Assembly (NCBI GenBank): GCA_031285625.1
Contig: JAITVV010000073.1
Coordinates: 1-64,000 of the forward strand
Length of the DNA stretch: 64,000 bases
Direction: 5' to 3'
Source: Prevotella sp.
Lineage (GTDB): Bacteria; Bacteroidota; Bacteroidia; Bacteroidales; Dysgonomonadaceae
Part shown: positions 53,524-63,212 of the stretch, one piece after another
Position numbering within the stretch: the stretch's first letter is position 1
Layout: each line of letters starts with the position of its first letter
Made by a program: the position numbers and the translations under genes
The notes under the pieces: model-generated
Databases searched by the model: none
What the model was told of the DNA's origin: nothing
What the model saw: only the letters and a program-made list of their open reading frames with translations

Positions 53524-53585
53524 GGACAAGTCAGGGATACTAAACAAGTTTCATGCGATTATATTTGATTATTCCCTGACTGTCC
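53524..53585. repeat. Inverted repeat with long loop after the barrel gene
   Basis: GGACAAGTCAGGGA ... TCCCTGACTGTCC with a one-base bulge. Confidence 0.5.
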
Positions 53586-53734
53586 TTGATTATATAAATC
53601 CTCCAGTTGCTTATGAGATACCCAGATTTTTTTCAAAACGAAACTCTTAAATAAAAAATACCCTGATCATATAGATTTGGGACATTTTTATAAATCAACC
53701 ATTCGTATAGTTGCGAACTATAAATATTAATCAT

Positions 53735-53821
53735 ATGTCAAAGAAAGAACTTACAGCTGAGCAGGAGCAACTAGCGCGCTTCGCCAAAGCATTAGGGCAT
53801 CCTATTCGTATAAAGTATTAG
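53735..53821 (+). pseudogene. arsR: ArsR family regulator, N-terminal remnant (28 codons)
   Basis: MSKKELTAEQEQLARFAKALGHPIRIK then stop; imperfect inverted repeat TTCGTA...TGCGAA upstream at 53702-53717. Confidence 0.7.
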
Positions 53822-53826
53822 GATAA

Positions 53827-54882
53827 TTAATACAAATATTTTTGTTTCATTTTTTGTATATCAACATATAGAACCTTCGTTAGATAATTTTCTATTGAAC
53901 CATGATCCTCTTTTATACGGTCTAAGCCAGCTTGTAAAAATTCAGTTTTCACTTCAAATAAAGACTTTAACGCAGGGCTTTCATCCTTACACTTAGCATA
54001 TTTATCAGCCAGATAAATATTAGATAATAGATAATCGTTCAATATTGTTCTTTCATCAACGCCCAGAGCTGATAAAATAAGAGCAGCGGCCATACCGGTC
54101 CTGTCTTTTCCGGCAGAACAATGAAACATTAAAGGCGTATCCGTATCATTTTGTAATAATTGAAAGAGATTTCTATATTGCTGGACACAAGCAGAATCTG
54201 TAACCAAAAGTATATTCATTCCTATCATAAGAGTATCTGCTTGATTTGCTGTAAGCTTAGCCAGATCATCCAGAGAAGATGCTGCTGCCATCAGATTGCC
54301 GGGACTAATGGAATAAGAATAATTTGTTTTTACTGATGATGGATTTTTATCCGGAGCCTGGCTCATCTCTTCTTTAGATCTGAAATCAACTATAGATATT
54401 AAAGGTATGGAAGCGAGGTAATCAAGATCAGCTTCTGTAAGATTATGTAAATCATCAGAACGGAATATCTTTCCCCATTTTACATATTTGTTATCCGATG
54501 TCTTATAGCCACCTAAATCTCTAAAGTTATAACCGCCTGTCATAGGCAAATGCTGTTCGGATAGTATGGCAGTACCTCTTTGTGACACCAATTCGAAGTA
54601 ACTCCTTACAGAATCGGATATATCTAAAGGGAAAGTACCGGGTTCAGAGCCTGAAGCAATTGGCCTTGAGAAATCAATGTTATCAACAGAGGAGCCTTCG
54701 TAAAGCGCCCACTCTCCTTTTATTTGAATTTGTAAAGAAGCAACCTTACTTGTCTTATCTCTTATAATTTTAGCGTCTTTTGATATATCTTCTCCAGTAT
54801 ACCCCGCTTTTAAATTACTTTGTTTTCCACACGATACCAGAAATACAGTTGCTACAGTCATATATATAAATATTTTATTCAT
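53827..54882 (-). CDS. Protein-tyrosine/phosphoinositide phosphatase lipoprotein
   Basis: Lipobox LVSC, NFRDLGGY, IFRSDDL, DFRS, P-loop HCSAGKDRTG, DYLLSN. Confidence 0.9.
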   Translation of the reverse strand: MNKIFIYMTVATVFLVSCGKQSNLKAGYTGEDISKDAKIIRDKTSKVASLQIQIKGEWALYEGSSVDNIDFSRPIASGSEPGTFPLDISDSVRSYFELVSQRGTAILSEQHLPMTGGYNFRDLGGYKTSDNKYVKWGKIFRSDDLHNLTEADLDYLASIPLISIVDFRSKEEMSQAPDKNPSSVKTNYSYSISPGNLMAAASSLDDLAKLTANQADTLMIGMNILLVTDSACVQQYRNLFQLLQNDTDTPLMFHCSAGKDRTGMAAALILSALGVDERTILNDYLLSNIYLADKYAKCKDESPALKSLFEVKTEFLQAGLDRIKEDHGSIENYLTKVLYVDIQKMKQKYLY

Positions 54883-55101
54883 CTTATCTTCGGTCTAATA
54901 ATCTTCGCAAGTTAGTTAAAAAATAAGTATCTGGGAATAAGAAAAAATTAATTAAACATAAGAAATCCTTTTATCTATAAGAAACAAATAAAATAAGACA
55001 CCTCTCATCCAATGTAATGGAATGTTAAAAATCCATTCGGAATTAAACCCCCAATCAATATTTCTATCTAAGAATTATAAAACGTTTAAAACATAGAGGT
55101 T

Positions 55102-55896
55102 ATGAAAAGATTATTATTATCATTAGCAATATTAGCATGTATATCCTTTACAGCATCAATAAATGCGCAAGAAGGTAGAAGAGGAGGCAAGCGAGGCTTT
55201 ACCCTACCCCAAGAGTTGAATTTGACTGCAGACCAACAACAGAAGGTAGAATCTGTAAATACCGATTTCAAAGCAAAGATGACTGAATTGAGAAGTAAAT
55301 CAGATCTTTCAAGAGAAGACAGACGTTCTAAAATGAAAGAATTAAGAAAAGAGCACCGTGACGCCATTAACAATATACTTACTCCCGAACAGCAAACTAA
55401 GCTAAAGGAGTTGCAAAGCCAAAGGGAAAAAGAAATGAGTATGCGTAATAAGAAACATGGCAAACAAATGAATAAACAAGGCAACTCTATGAAGGATCTT
55501 AACCTTACAGATAAACAAAAACAGGAAATAAAGACTATAAATGAAGACTATAGAGCTAAAACCAAAGAGCTTGCACAAAAACACCGAGAAACATTAAACA
55601 GCATCTATACTCCGGAACAACAGGCAAAATTGAAAGATATGCGGAAAGACAATACAAACCGTAGATTCGCCAATAATGAACGAAGAATAAAACTTGATGA
55701 TGCCAGTGCTGCTAAATTGAAATCACTTAAAGAAAATTATGATAAAGAAAAAAAAGCTATTGAATTAAGTCGCATAGCTCCGGATGCACAAAAACAGAAG
55801 TTATCTGATTTGCGGGAGAACTTCAGAAAGGAAAAACACCAGATAATGAATGAAGCACGCAAAACAAATAAAACAAAAGAAAATAAACCGGCTTAA
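55102..55896 (+). CDS. Periplasmic Spy/CpxP-like (LTxxQ) helical protein with internal duplication
   Basis: Signal peptide; LNLTADQQQK...ILTPEQQ and LNLTDKQKQE...IYTPEQQ. Confidence 0.75.
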   Translation: MKRLLLSLAILACISFTASINAQEGRRGGKRGFTLPQELNLTADQQQKVESVNTDFKAKMTELRSKSDLSREDRRSKMKELRKEHRDAINNILTPEQQTKLKELQSQREKEMSMRNKKHGKQMNKQGNSMKDLNLTDKQKQEIKTINEDYRAKTKELAQKHRETLNSIYTPEQQAKLKDMRKDNTNRRFANNERRIKLDDASAAKLKSLKENYDKEKKAIELSRIAPDAQKQKLSDLRENFRKEKHQIMNEARKTNKTKENKPA

Positions 55897-55921
55897 CACG
55901 TCTACATAAATTTCGGTGAAG

Positions 55922-55953
55922 GACTATCAAAATACTTTGATAGTCTTTCTTTT
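55922..55953 (+). terminator. Terminator after Spy-like gene
   Basis: GACTATCAAA-atac-TTTGATAGTC followed by T run. Confidence 0.75.
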
Positions 55954-56019
55954 TTACAAGACCCGTTCCATCATTTTTTGCTACTTTTGTACTTTTCAAC
56001 CAATTATTATAATCGTCAG

Positions 56020-58908
56020 ATGATTCCTTTCCTGCAGAATGTAGCCCAGGCATACTATAAAGCTTACGGACAAAAGATAAGCCGCTATACCTTTGTATTC
56101 CCTAACCGCAGGGCGGGACTATTCTTCCAATATTATATATCACAAATAGCAGGGAAACCTATTTTCTCGCCTGAGATATTAACGATAAGTGACCTTTTCC
56201 AAAATCTTAGTGTATATAAAAAGGCAGACAGGATAGAGATGCTTTTTATGTTATATGATATCTATAAGCAGATAAGCGGGTCTGCCGAGACATTTGACGA
56301 ATTCCTCTATTGGGGAGAAATGCTACTCAACGATTTTGACGATGTAGATAAATATATAGTTGATGCGCAGCAGCTTTTTCGTAATATACATGACCTGAAA
56401 GAAATTGATGCAGGCTTTGATTATTTAAGTGAAAGTCAGATAGAAGCAATTCGTCGCTTCTGGTCTAACTTTCTGCCAGTAGGAGAAAACGATAAGAAGA
56501 AAGACTTTCTGGAAATGTGGGAAGTCCTTTTCCAGCTATATACACAACTACACAAACAGTTACAAAAAAAAGGTCTGGCATATGAAGGTATGATCTTCCG
56601 TGATGTCATAGAAAGAGTTTCAAAAGATATAGACTATGATCTACCCTTTGAGAAAATTGTCTTTATAGGACTAAACGGACATAGTAAATCTGAAGAAACA
56701 CTCCTTCGCTATCTGCAAAAAAGAGGAATAGCTGATTTTTACTGGGACTATTCATCTCCATTAGTACGTGATCCCCAAAATAAAGCATCATTCTTTATGG
56801 ATAGAAACAAGATGCTCTTCCCATCACAATTGACATTGCAGGCAGAGGAACTAAATATGGAACTTCCAATAGTAGAGGCAATTGGGATACCATCTGCTAT
56901 AGGGCAGGCAAAATATGTACATACAATCATAAAATCATTACTAAAGGATAAACACATCACTCCCGATAAGGCTATGAGTACGGCATTGGTCTTACCCGAC
57001 GAAAATCTATTGTTACCGACATTATATTCTATCCCTGAAGAAATTAATAAGATCAATATAACAATGGGATATAATTTAAATAATAGTTCCATCTCAGGAT
57101 TGATGGAACATATATTTGAATTACAGCGAAGTATACGTAAATCTGAGAATTATTTCGGATTCTATTATAAACCTGTATTAGCTATACTCAACCACAGATA
57201 TATAACTAATATAGCTCATGATGAAGCTAAGCAGTTAAGACAAGATATTCTTCAATATAATAAAGTCATAGTATCGGCTAATGATTTACAAACCCATCCC
57301 CTACTCTACCTTATATTCAAATCATTAACAGGCTGGACAGATATTCCTGATTATCTGAGAAAAATACTGTCAACTTTAAAAATCTCATTATCAGTAAAAG
57401 GAAGTGAAGATAAAGATAATGAGGATATAAATGCCCGATCGATAGATATAGAGGGGGAATTCATTGTGGAGTACTACAAGACTGTAAATAAAATGGATGA
57501 AGCATTAAAAAATGTTTCTCCCGAAATGTCTATAGAAACATATTTCAAGTTATTGAAAAAGCTCATAGTGGGGATAAGCGTTCCGTTTACAGGCGAACCC
57601 CTTTCGGGCCTGCAAATAATGGGGGTACTCGAAACCCGTGCTCTTGACTTCGACAATCTGATTATCCTTTCTATGAATGAGGGAATATTCCCGCTAAAGA
57701 AGGCAGCCAGTTCGTTCATCCCTTATAATTTGCGTAAAGGCTTTGATCTCCCGACATATGAACATCAGGATAGTATTTTTGCTTACCATTTCTACCGGAT
57801 GATAAACCGTGCAAAACATATCTATCTACTCTATGACACACGTACTGAAGGCTTGCAAACAGGGGAGGTTAGTCGCTATTTCAGTCAGTTGAAACACCTG
57901 TATAACAATTCATTTGATATTCGGGAAAAACTGACTACATATAAAGTTTCAGCGACGAAAAGTGTTGATATCTCGGTTAGGAAAACCCCACAGATAATGG
58001 AAAAGATGAATGTATTCCTGCAAGGTGGCGACAAGCGATTATCAGCCAGTGCAATCAATACATATCTGAATTGTCCCCTGCAATTCTATTTCTCAGTAGT
58101 AGAGAATATGGCTGAAGAAGATGAAATAGCGGAAACGGTAGAAGCCAGTATGTTCGGTACGATTTTCCACTCTATAATGGAATGGCTGTATGAACCCTTC
58201 AAAGGGAAAATGATAACAGCAGACTTGTTGCATAAGTTAAGAGCGGATGATAATCTTTTAACCGAAAAGATAGAACGGTCATTTGCCGAGAATTATTTTC
58301 AAAGTGAAAAGATCAGGAAGCTGACAGGACAAAACTTCCTGACAGGAGAAGTACTGCGTAAATATATAAAACAAGTATTAACCACGGATGCAAAGCTAAC
58401 ACCATTTATATACCTGGACTCCGAAGAGAGAATAAAAGTAGACTATCCACTCCCTTCCGGAAAAGTAGTATCACTTAAAGGTATTATTGACCGTGTGGAC
58501 GAAGTAAAAGGACATACACGCATTATAGACTATAAGACAGGAAAAGGTATATTGCGGTACAGGGAGATGAAGGATTTGTTTGATAAAGAACTCAAAGACA
58601 GACCTAAAGCTGTTATGCAGGTATTTATGTACTCACACCTTTATCTGATAGAATACCCCGATAATATACTTGAACCAGGCATATACTATCTGCGTAACCT
58701 ATTCGATCCGAAATTTGAACCGGGAGTTATTCATAAATCAGGAAGAAGTGAATACCCAATAAAGGATTTCGCCGAATACAGAACCGAATTTAAAGAGAAT
58801 TTCGATTCATGCCTTGAGGAAATATTCGACCCTAATGTACCTTTCTCCCAAACTCCAACAGGAGAAGCATGCAGATGGTGCATATTTACCAATATATGTA
58901 AGAAATAA
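56020..58908 (+). CDS. AddB-like PD-(D/E)XK nuclease with inactive helicase domain
   Basis: FVFPNRRA, QIMGVLETR, LSASAI..Y.NCP, GIIDRVD, IIDYKTG, CRWC.F..IC (four Cys, Fe-S type). Confidence 0.88.
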   Translation: MIPFLQNVAQAYYKAYGQKISRYTFVFPNRRAGLFFQYYISQIAGKPIFSPEILTISDLFQNLSVYKKADRIEMLFMLYDIYKQISGSAETFDEFLYWGEMLLNDFDDVDKYIVDAQQLFRNIHDLKEIDAGFDYLSESQIEAIRRFWSNFLPVGENDKKKDFLEMWEVLFQLYTQLHKQLQKKGLAYEGMIFRDVIERVSKDIDYDLPFEKIVFIGLNGHSKSEETLLRYLQKRGIADFYWDYSSPLVRDPQNKASFFMDRNKMLFPSQLTLQAEELNMELPIVEAIGIPSAIGQAKYVHTIIKSLLKDKHITPDKAMSTALVLPDENLLLPTLYSIPEEINKINITMGYNLNNSSISGLMEHIFELQRSIRKSENYFGFYYKPVLAILNHRYITNIAHDEAKQLRQDILQYNKVIVSANDLQTHPLLYLIFKSLTGWTDIPDYLRKILSTLKISLSVKGSEDKDNEDINARSIDIEGEFIVEYYKTVNKMDEALKNVSPEMSIETYFKLLKKLIVGISVPFTGEPLSGLQIMGVLETRALDFDNLIILSMNEGIFPLKKAASSFIPYNLRKGFDLPTYEHQDSIFAYHFYRMINRAKHIYLLYDTRTEGLQTGEVSRYFSQLKHLYNNSFDIREKLTTYKVSATKSVDISVRKTPQIMEKMNVFLQGGDKRLSASAINTYLNCPLQFYFSVVENMAEEDEIAETVEASMFGTIFHSIMEWLYEPFKGKMITADLLHKLRADDNLLTEKIERSFAENYFQSEKIRKLTGQNFLTGEVLRKYIKQVLTTDAKLTPFIYLDSEERIKVDYPLPSGKVVSLKGIIDRVDEVKGHTRIIDYKTGKGILRYREMKDLFDKELKDRPKAVMQVFMYSHLYLIEYPDNILEPGIYYLRNLFDPKFEPGVIHKSGRSEYPIKDFAEYRTEFKENFDSCLEEIFDPNVPFSQTPTGEACRWCIFTNICKK

Positions 58909-58932
58909 AAGCCATTGAAAATCAATGGCTTT
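58908..58932. terminator. Bidirectional terminator
   Basis: AAAGCCATTGA-aaa-TCAATGGCTTT. Confidence 0.7.
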
Positions 58933-58951
58933 ATATACATTAACTATCAGG

Positions 58952-60928
58952 TTAATAACCCGGATTTTGTTCTATATTAGGATTTGCACTTACATCATTC
59001 TGTGGTATAGGCAACAGGTTGTTGTAAGACTGAGCACCGTATTTACCCAACGTCTCAACCAATATATTCCATCGGTTCAGTAACATATAATCAAATCCTT
59101 CTTTACTCATTTCAGATTTCCATAAATTACGAATCGCCACTTTCAATGTTTCATAATTCATAGGATCAGAGAATAAAGGCTCTTTATTACAAGTATATAT
59201 TTGATCGATATATGTCATAGCTTCTGTTAATTTTCCGGTTTCAAGTGCTGACTCTGCTGCTGTCAGTAAAACTTCTCTGTAACGTATAGGATGCATATAG
59301 TCGCCTTTTATCTCAACATAGCCTACATTCTTTGTACTATAACCTCCCAATAACACTTCTTTATTAGATGCTGATGCAAAAGGCTTATTATTAGCATCTA
59401 AGCCATATAAATTACTATCCATAATAGCTCTCGACAAAGTATATGCCTTTGCATAATCTCTCTCATTAGCATAGTAACGGGCAAGCATAGCGTTTACCGC
59501 ACCAGCATTGGATGTAGATAACTTAGAAGTTAAACTTTCCACATATGCCATAACCTCTGCTTTTGAATTACGTTTCATATCTAACTTTTCAGAGAGTTCC
59601 ATATATCTGTCAATCAGGACAACACCTCCATAATAGTTAGTAAGTACAGAGTAGATATATGCAATCTCGGACCAGTTCTGACCAGAAACTTTATTCCATT
59701 CATCAAGAATATAGGAAGGATAGCCCGGAGTTTCAAGTCTTTTTACCAAATAGAAGAAGTTGTTAATATATTTATAAGCAGTTTCCCATACCTTATTATT
59801 TTCACTAAAATACAGAGCAGGATACGAAACTTGCGGTTTAACCAGTTTGTTATCTACCAGATAATTATAAGTTACAAATGATATAAATGTTTCATTGAGA
59901 GAACCCCGTAATTGATTAAGCCTCTCCAATGATATAAAAATATCTTCTGGGGAAACAACATTACTAACTGTCATAATGTAAACCTTTTCAGTTGCATCCT
60001 TTTCTGCCTTGAAATAATCAGAAGTTAACAAGTCATCATAGTTAATAATACCATCACCGTTTATATCAGCATACTTTACTGAACCCGGTACAACAATATC
60101 TGTAGAAGTGCCTGTCCGGTATTGCGGATAGCCATCGATTTCAGCTTGTGAAGTAAATATACCTGCAATAAGAAATCCTCCGGCAGAAGATGATTTTTTA
60201 TCTCCTTTCTTCACATTATAATATAGCCCGTCAGCATAATTATGATTATAAAAAGCGACTCCCTTATTATCAGTCATCACACTATCTAACAAAGTATAAT
60301 TATCTCCAGATTTATTATATAAATATACCTTAGCTTCGTTTGAAACTGTAGCTTCTGTATTATTTCCTGTTGACCACTTCTCATTACATTCCAGAATATT
60401 AAATACCATCTTATACTTCTTCTGAGGTATATCTTTTACATCAGGTACTATTTCCGAAACCACATAAATATAGCTGTCACCAGCCTTGGTCGGAGATGTG
60501 GATACTAAAGGAATGCCATTGATTAAGATTTGGTTATTATACTTTGTTACATACAAAATATCATCTGAAATACTTTTCAGAGTCAAAGTATCAGTTGTAA
60601 GGGAAGTAAGATCATTAGCACCTTTAACTATATGGCGTTTTAATACTTGGCTGGTATAACCACCGGTAGAAGTATCTTTTGTTTTAGTCTGACTCTTTAC
60701 GGCGAGGATAGTCAATTTGTCTTCCGCAATATTCAAATTTGGAGATACACTTTTCAGAGCATCTGTAAAATCTTTCACATCACTCATACTTTCCAAGGCT
60801 TTTACCACCTCTTCAATCTGTTGTTGTCCTGCCGACGTTTTTTTTCCATTATCGTCATCATCACTACACGAGAATAAAGCAAGTAATAGGAATAGTGCTG
60901 CAATACTTAGTCTTAAGGTATTTACCAT
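58952..60928 (-). CDS. Lipoprotein: fasciclin-like domain, beta-sandwich, SusC-like loop and SusD/RagB domain
   Basis: Lipobox LFSC; LTILA...LKRHIVKG...ILING...IYVVSEIV; GIFTSQAEID...PGSVKYADINGDGIIN; IRYREVLLTAAE...LLPIPQ.D...NPNIEQNPGY. Confidence 0.85.
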   Translation of the reverse strand: MVNTLRLSIAALFLLLALFSCSDDDDNGKKTSAGQQQIEEVVKALESMSDVKDFTDALKSVSPNLNIAEDKLTILAVKSQTKTKDTSTGGYTSQVLKRHIVKGANDLTSLTTDTLTLKSISDDILYVTKYNNQILINGIPLVSTSPTKAGDSYIYVVSEIVPDVKDIPQKKYKMVFNILECNEKWSTGNNTEATVSNEAKVYLYNKSGDNYTLLDSVMTDNKGVAFYNHNYADGLYYNVKKGDKKSSSAGGFLIAGIFTSQAEIDGYPQYRTGTSTDIVVPGSVKYADINGDGIINYDDLLTSDYFKAEKDATEKVYIMTVSNVVSPEDIFISLERLNQLRGSLNETFISFVTYNYLVDNKLVKPQVSYPALYFSENNKVWETAYKYINNFFYLVKRLETPGYPSYILDEWNKVSGQNWSEIAYIYSVLTNYYGGVVLIDRYMELSEKLDMKRNSKAEVMAYVESLTSKLSTSNAGAVNAMLARYYANERDYAKAYTLSRAIMDSNLYGLDANNKPFASASNKEVLLGGYSTKNVGYVEIKGDYMHPIRYREVLLTAAESALETGKLTEAMTYIDQIYTCNKEPLFSDPMNYETLKVAIRNLWKSEMSKEGFDYMLLNRWNILVETLGKYGAQSYNNLLPIPQNDVSANPNIEQNPGY

Positions 60929-61013
60929 AGTTTGTTAGTTTATATTGGACATAAATTAAGTTCGTAATAAAGATAGTCTTTTTATTTATATTGAATAATA
61001 TTGACAAATAAAA

Positions 61014-61544
61014 TTACAGGTCATATGTAAAGTAATAAGCTTTTTGCTCATCCTCATTATACCAGAAATGCTTTATATAACGTTTATCAGCACTTTTCCA
61101 GGTATATAACTGCAATGAATCTATTTTATCTTTCTGCCACCAATCAAATACATAATTGAAAATAATACCATCACCAATTGGCTTAATAGTATCAACTACC
61201 ATCTGATGCTTATCCAATATCCTCTTTACTGTCGATGTGTCACAATTGAACGAAAACCTATAAGAGGCATCTATTCCTATTGCATCATCAAAACAATAGA
61301 TATTATAGATATCAGGAGTTAGCTCTACTTTCAGGAACTCAGTGAACCTCTTCTTATTCCATTTTGTATCAGGCGTGCCACTGTCGAATGTTGGCAAAAA
61401 TTTATCCACCATCTCATCTTTTTTATCTGTCACTTTTTGTTCTGTATTGTCCACTATCTTATTAATCTTATTGCAAGAATAAAAACATAAGAAAGTAACA
61501 ATTGCAGCAACTAATAGGATTTTAATCAAACAGCTATTACACAT
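61014..61544 (-). CDS. Hypothetical lipoprotein
   Basis: Hydrophobic leader ending FYSC, then a soluble domain ending YYFTYDL. Confidence 0.65.
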   Translation of the reverse strand: MCNSCLIKILLVAAIVTFLCFYSCNKINKIVDNTEQKVTDKKDEMVDKFLPTFDSGTPDTKWNKKRFTEFLKVELTPDIYNIYCFDDAIGIDASYRFSFNCDTSTVKRILDKHQMVVDTIKPIGDGIIFNYVFDWWQKDKIDSLQLYTWKSADKRYIKHFWYNEDEQKAYYFTYDL

Positions 61545-61654
61545 AATATTACAGCATTATTATCATCAAAAAAGTGACAAAAGTAACACATTTTATACAG
61601 TTTTCGGTTGTAACCTTTTTCATATTAAAACGATTGTGTAATAAGATAAAATCG

Positions 61655-62995
61655 CTAGTGAATCTTTGTCTGCTTCTGGAATCTTATAAACATAAGTATA
61701 GCTGCACAACTAAGCCCTGATGGAAAAGTCATCCATACGCCCGGTACTCCCCAGCCAAGGATAAAGCCACAAATATATCCGATAGGGAGGGCTACAATAA
61801 AATATGAAATGAAAGCAATAATCATCATAGCCTTTACATCGGCAATCCCTCTCAAAGCATTTGCAAAAGCAATCTGCATACCATCTCCGAACTGATACAA
61901 TAACATAGGGAAAACAAGCGTAACCACCACCAGGCTAACCTCTGCATTATCAGTAAACCATCCACCCAGATAATTACGACACAAGAAAATAAAGGAAGAA
62001 GTAATAATTGCCATTACGATAATAATATGGGCACCGGCAAAAGCCGAATAGCGGATATTCTGTATATCATTTGTACCTTTATAATTACTTACTCTAACTG
62101 CTATAGCTGCACCCATACTGTAAAACATCATAAAGCTAACAGTAGAAATAGTAACCATGATCTGATGAGCAGCAAGGGCTATGGTTCCCAACCACCCTAT
62201 CATCACAGCACTCAGACTGAATGAAGCTGTTTCCATTCCCATCTGAAAAGCAATAGGCCAACCCAATTTATTAAGTTGTAAAAAATCCAATTTATTTAAA
62301 ATCGAACGTCTGAACCCTGCCCTGTATTGATTATATCTCTTTGTAAAAAAGAAGATAAATATAAAAGCGACAAGCATCATTATTCGTGAAAATAATGTAC
62401 TGATACCCGCCCCAAGTAATCCTAACTCAGGTAAGCCCAATTTACCATTGATAAGTATGTAGTTACCAATTATGTTCATTACATTTCCACTTAGTAATAT
62501 CCACATAGCCACACGAGTATCCGTTATCCCATCGGCAAATTGTTTGAATCCATTAAATACCATAATGAAAACAATGGATACCAGTAATGTAAGGTAATAC
62601 GGTTTTATCAGAGGTATCAGCTCTTCCGGCTGACCAAGATTCCCTACATTAAGGTACAAAATTGTCATAATAAGAGTTAACAATACAGCAACCAGAAGAT
62701 TTGCCACCAGACTGTTTTTCAGTACACGTCCGGCAACAGTCAGTTCCTTATTACCAAACAGGCCTCCAACAATAGGAGTCAACCCATATGAAAAACCGGT
62801 ACCGAATATAATCGCCAGATTAAATACATTATTTACGAATGAGGCAGCGGATAATTCTTCTGTGCTATGGTGCCCGATCATCAATGTATCGGCAAATCCC
62901 ATGATGATTATTCCTATTTGCCCTATTACAATAGGAAGCCCCAGATAGAGTAGTGCTTTGTAGTGCGGTTTGTATGTATCAAAAAACTTCTTCAT
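61655..62995 (-). CDS. MATE family efflux transporter (NorM-like)
   Basis: LGLPIVIGQ, ADTLMIGH, GLLGAG, LAAHQI, ALRG; ATG at 62995 follows a TACTTTTGCA promoter. Confidence 0.92.
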   Translation of the reverse strand: MKKFFDTYKPHYKALLYLGLPIVIGQIGIIIMGFADTLMIGHHSTEELSAASFVNNVFNLAIIFGTGFSYGLTPIVGGLFGNKELTVAGRVLKNSLVANLLVAVLLTLIMTILYLNVGNLGQPEELIPLIKPYYLTLLVSIVFIMVFNGFKQFADGITDTRVAMWILLSGNVMNIIGNYILINGKLGLPELGLLGAGISTLFSRIMMLVAFIFIFFFTKRYNQYRAGFRRSILNKLDFLQLNKLGWPIAFQMGMETASFSLSAVMIGWLGTIALAAHQIMVTISTVSFMMFYSMGAAIAVRVSNYKGTNDIQNIRYSAFAGAHIIIVMAIITSSFIFLCRNYLGGWFTDNAEVSLVVVTLVFPMLLYQFGDGMQIAFANALRGIADVKAMMIIAFISYFIVALPIGYICGFILGWGVPGVWMTFPSGLSCAAILMFIRFQKQTKIH

Positions 62996-63066
62996 TAGTG
63001 GGTGCAAAAGTACAAAATATTCTACACACCTCAAGCAAAGTCTTATTCTTAGTATGTTTTACAATC

Positions 63067-63082
63067 TTAACCGTTTCGTAAC
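63067..63082 (+). promoter_or_regulatory. Putative Pho-box-like direct repeat
   Basis: TTAAC-N6-GTAAC (11-bp period) upstream of pstS. Confidence 0.4.
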
Positions 63083-63212
63083 AAATCCTTAGTCCCTTTG
63101 TTGCAAATACTAAATAATATTGCATCAAAATTAAGGTCACAGACCTATTTATTAGATTATAAGTTTGAGTAATATATCATTAAATACTTTCAGTACTTAA
63201 AATTAAAAAAGA

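Noticed and set aside
56020-58908. PD-(D/E)XK nuclease as a novel defence system or Cas4-like gene
   Set aside because: Size and motifs match the housekeeping AddB-like recombination nuclease of Bacteroidota; no defence or cas neighbours.
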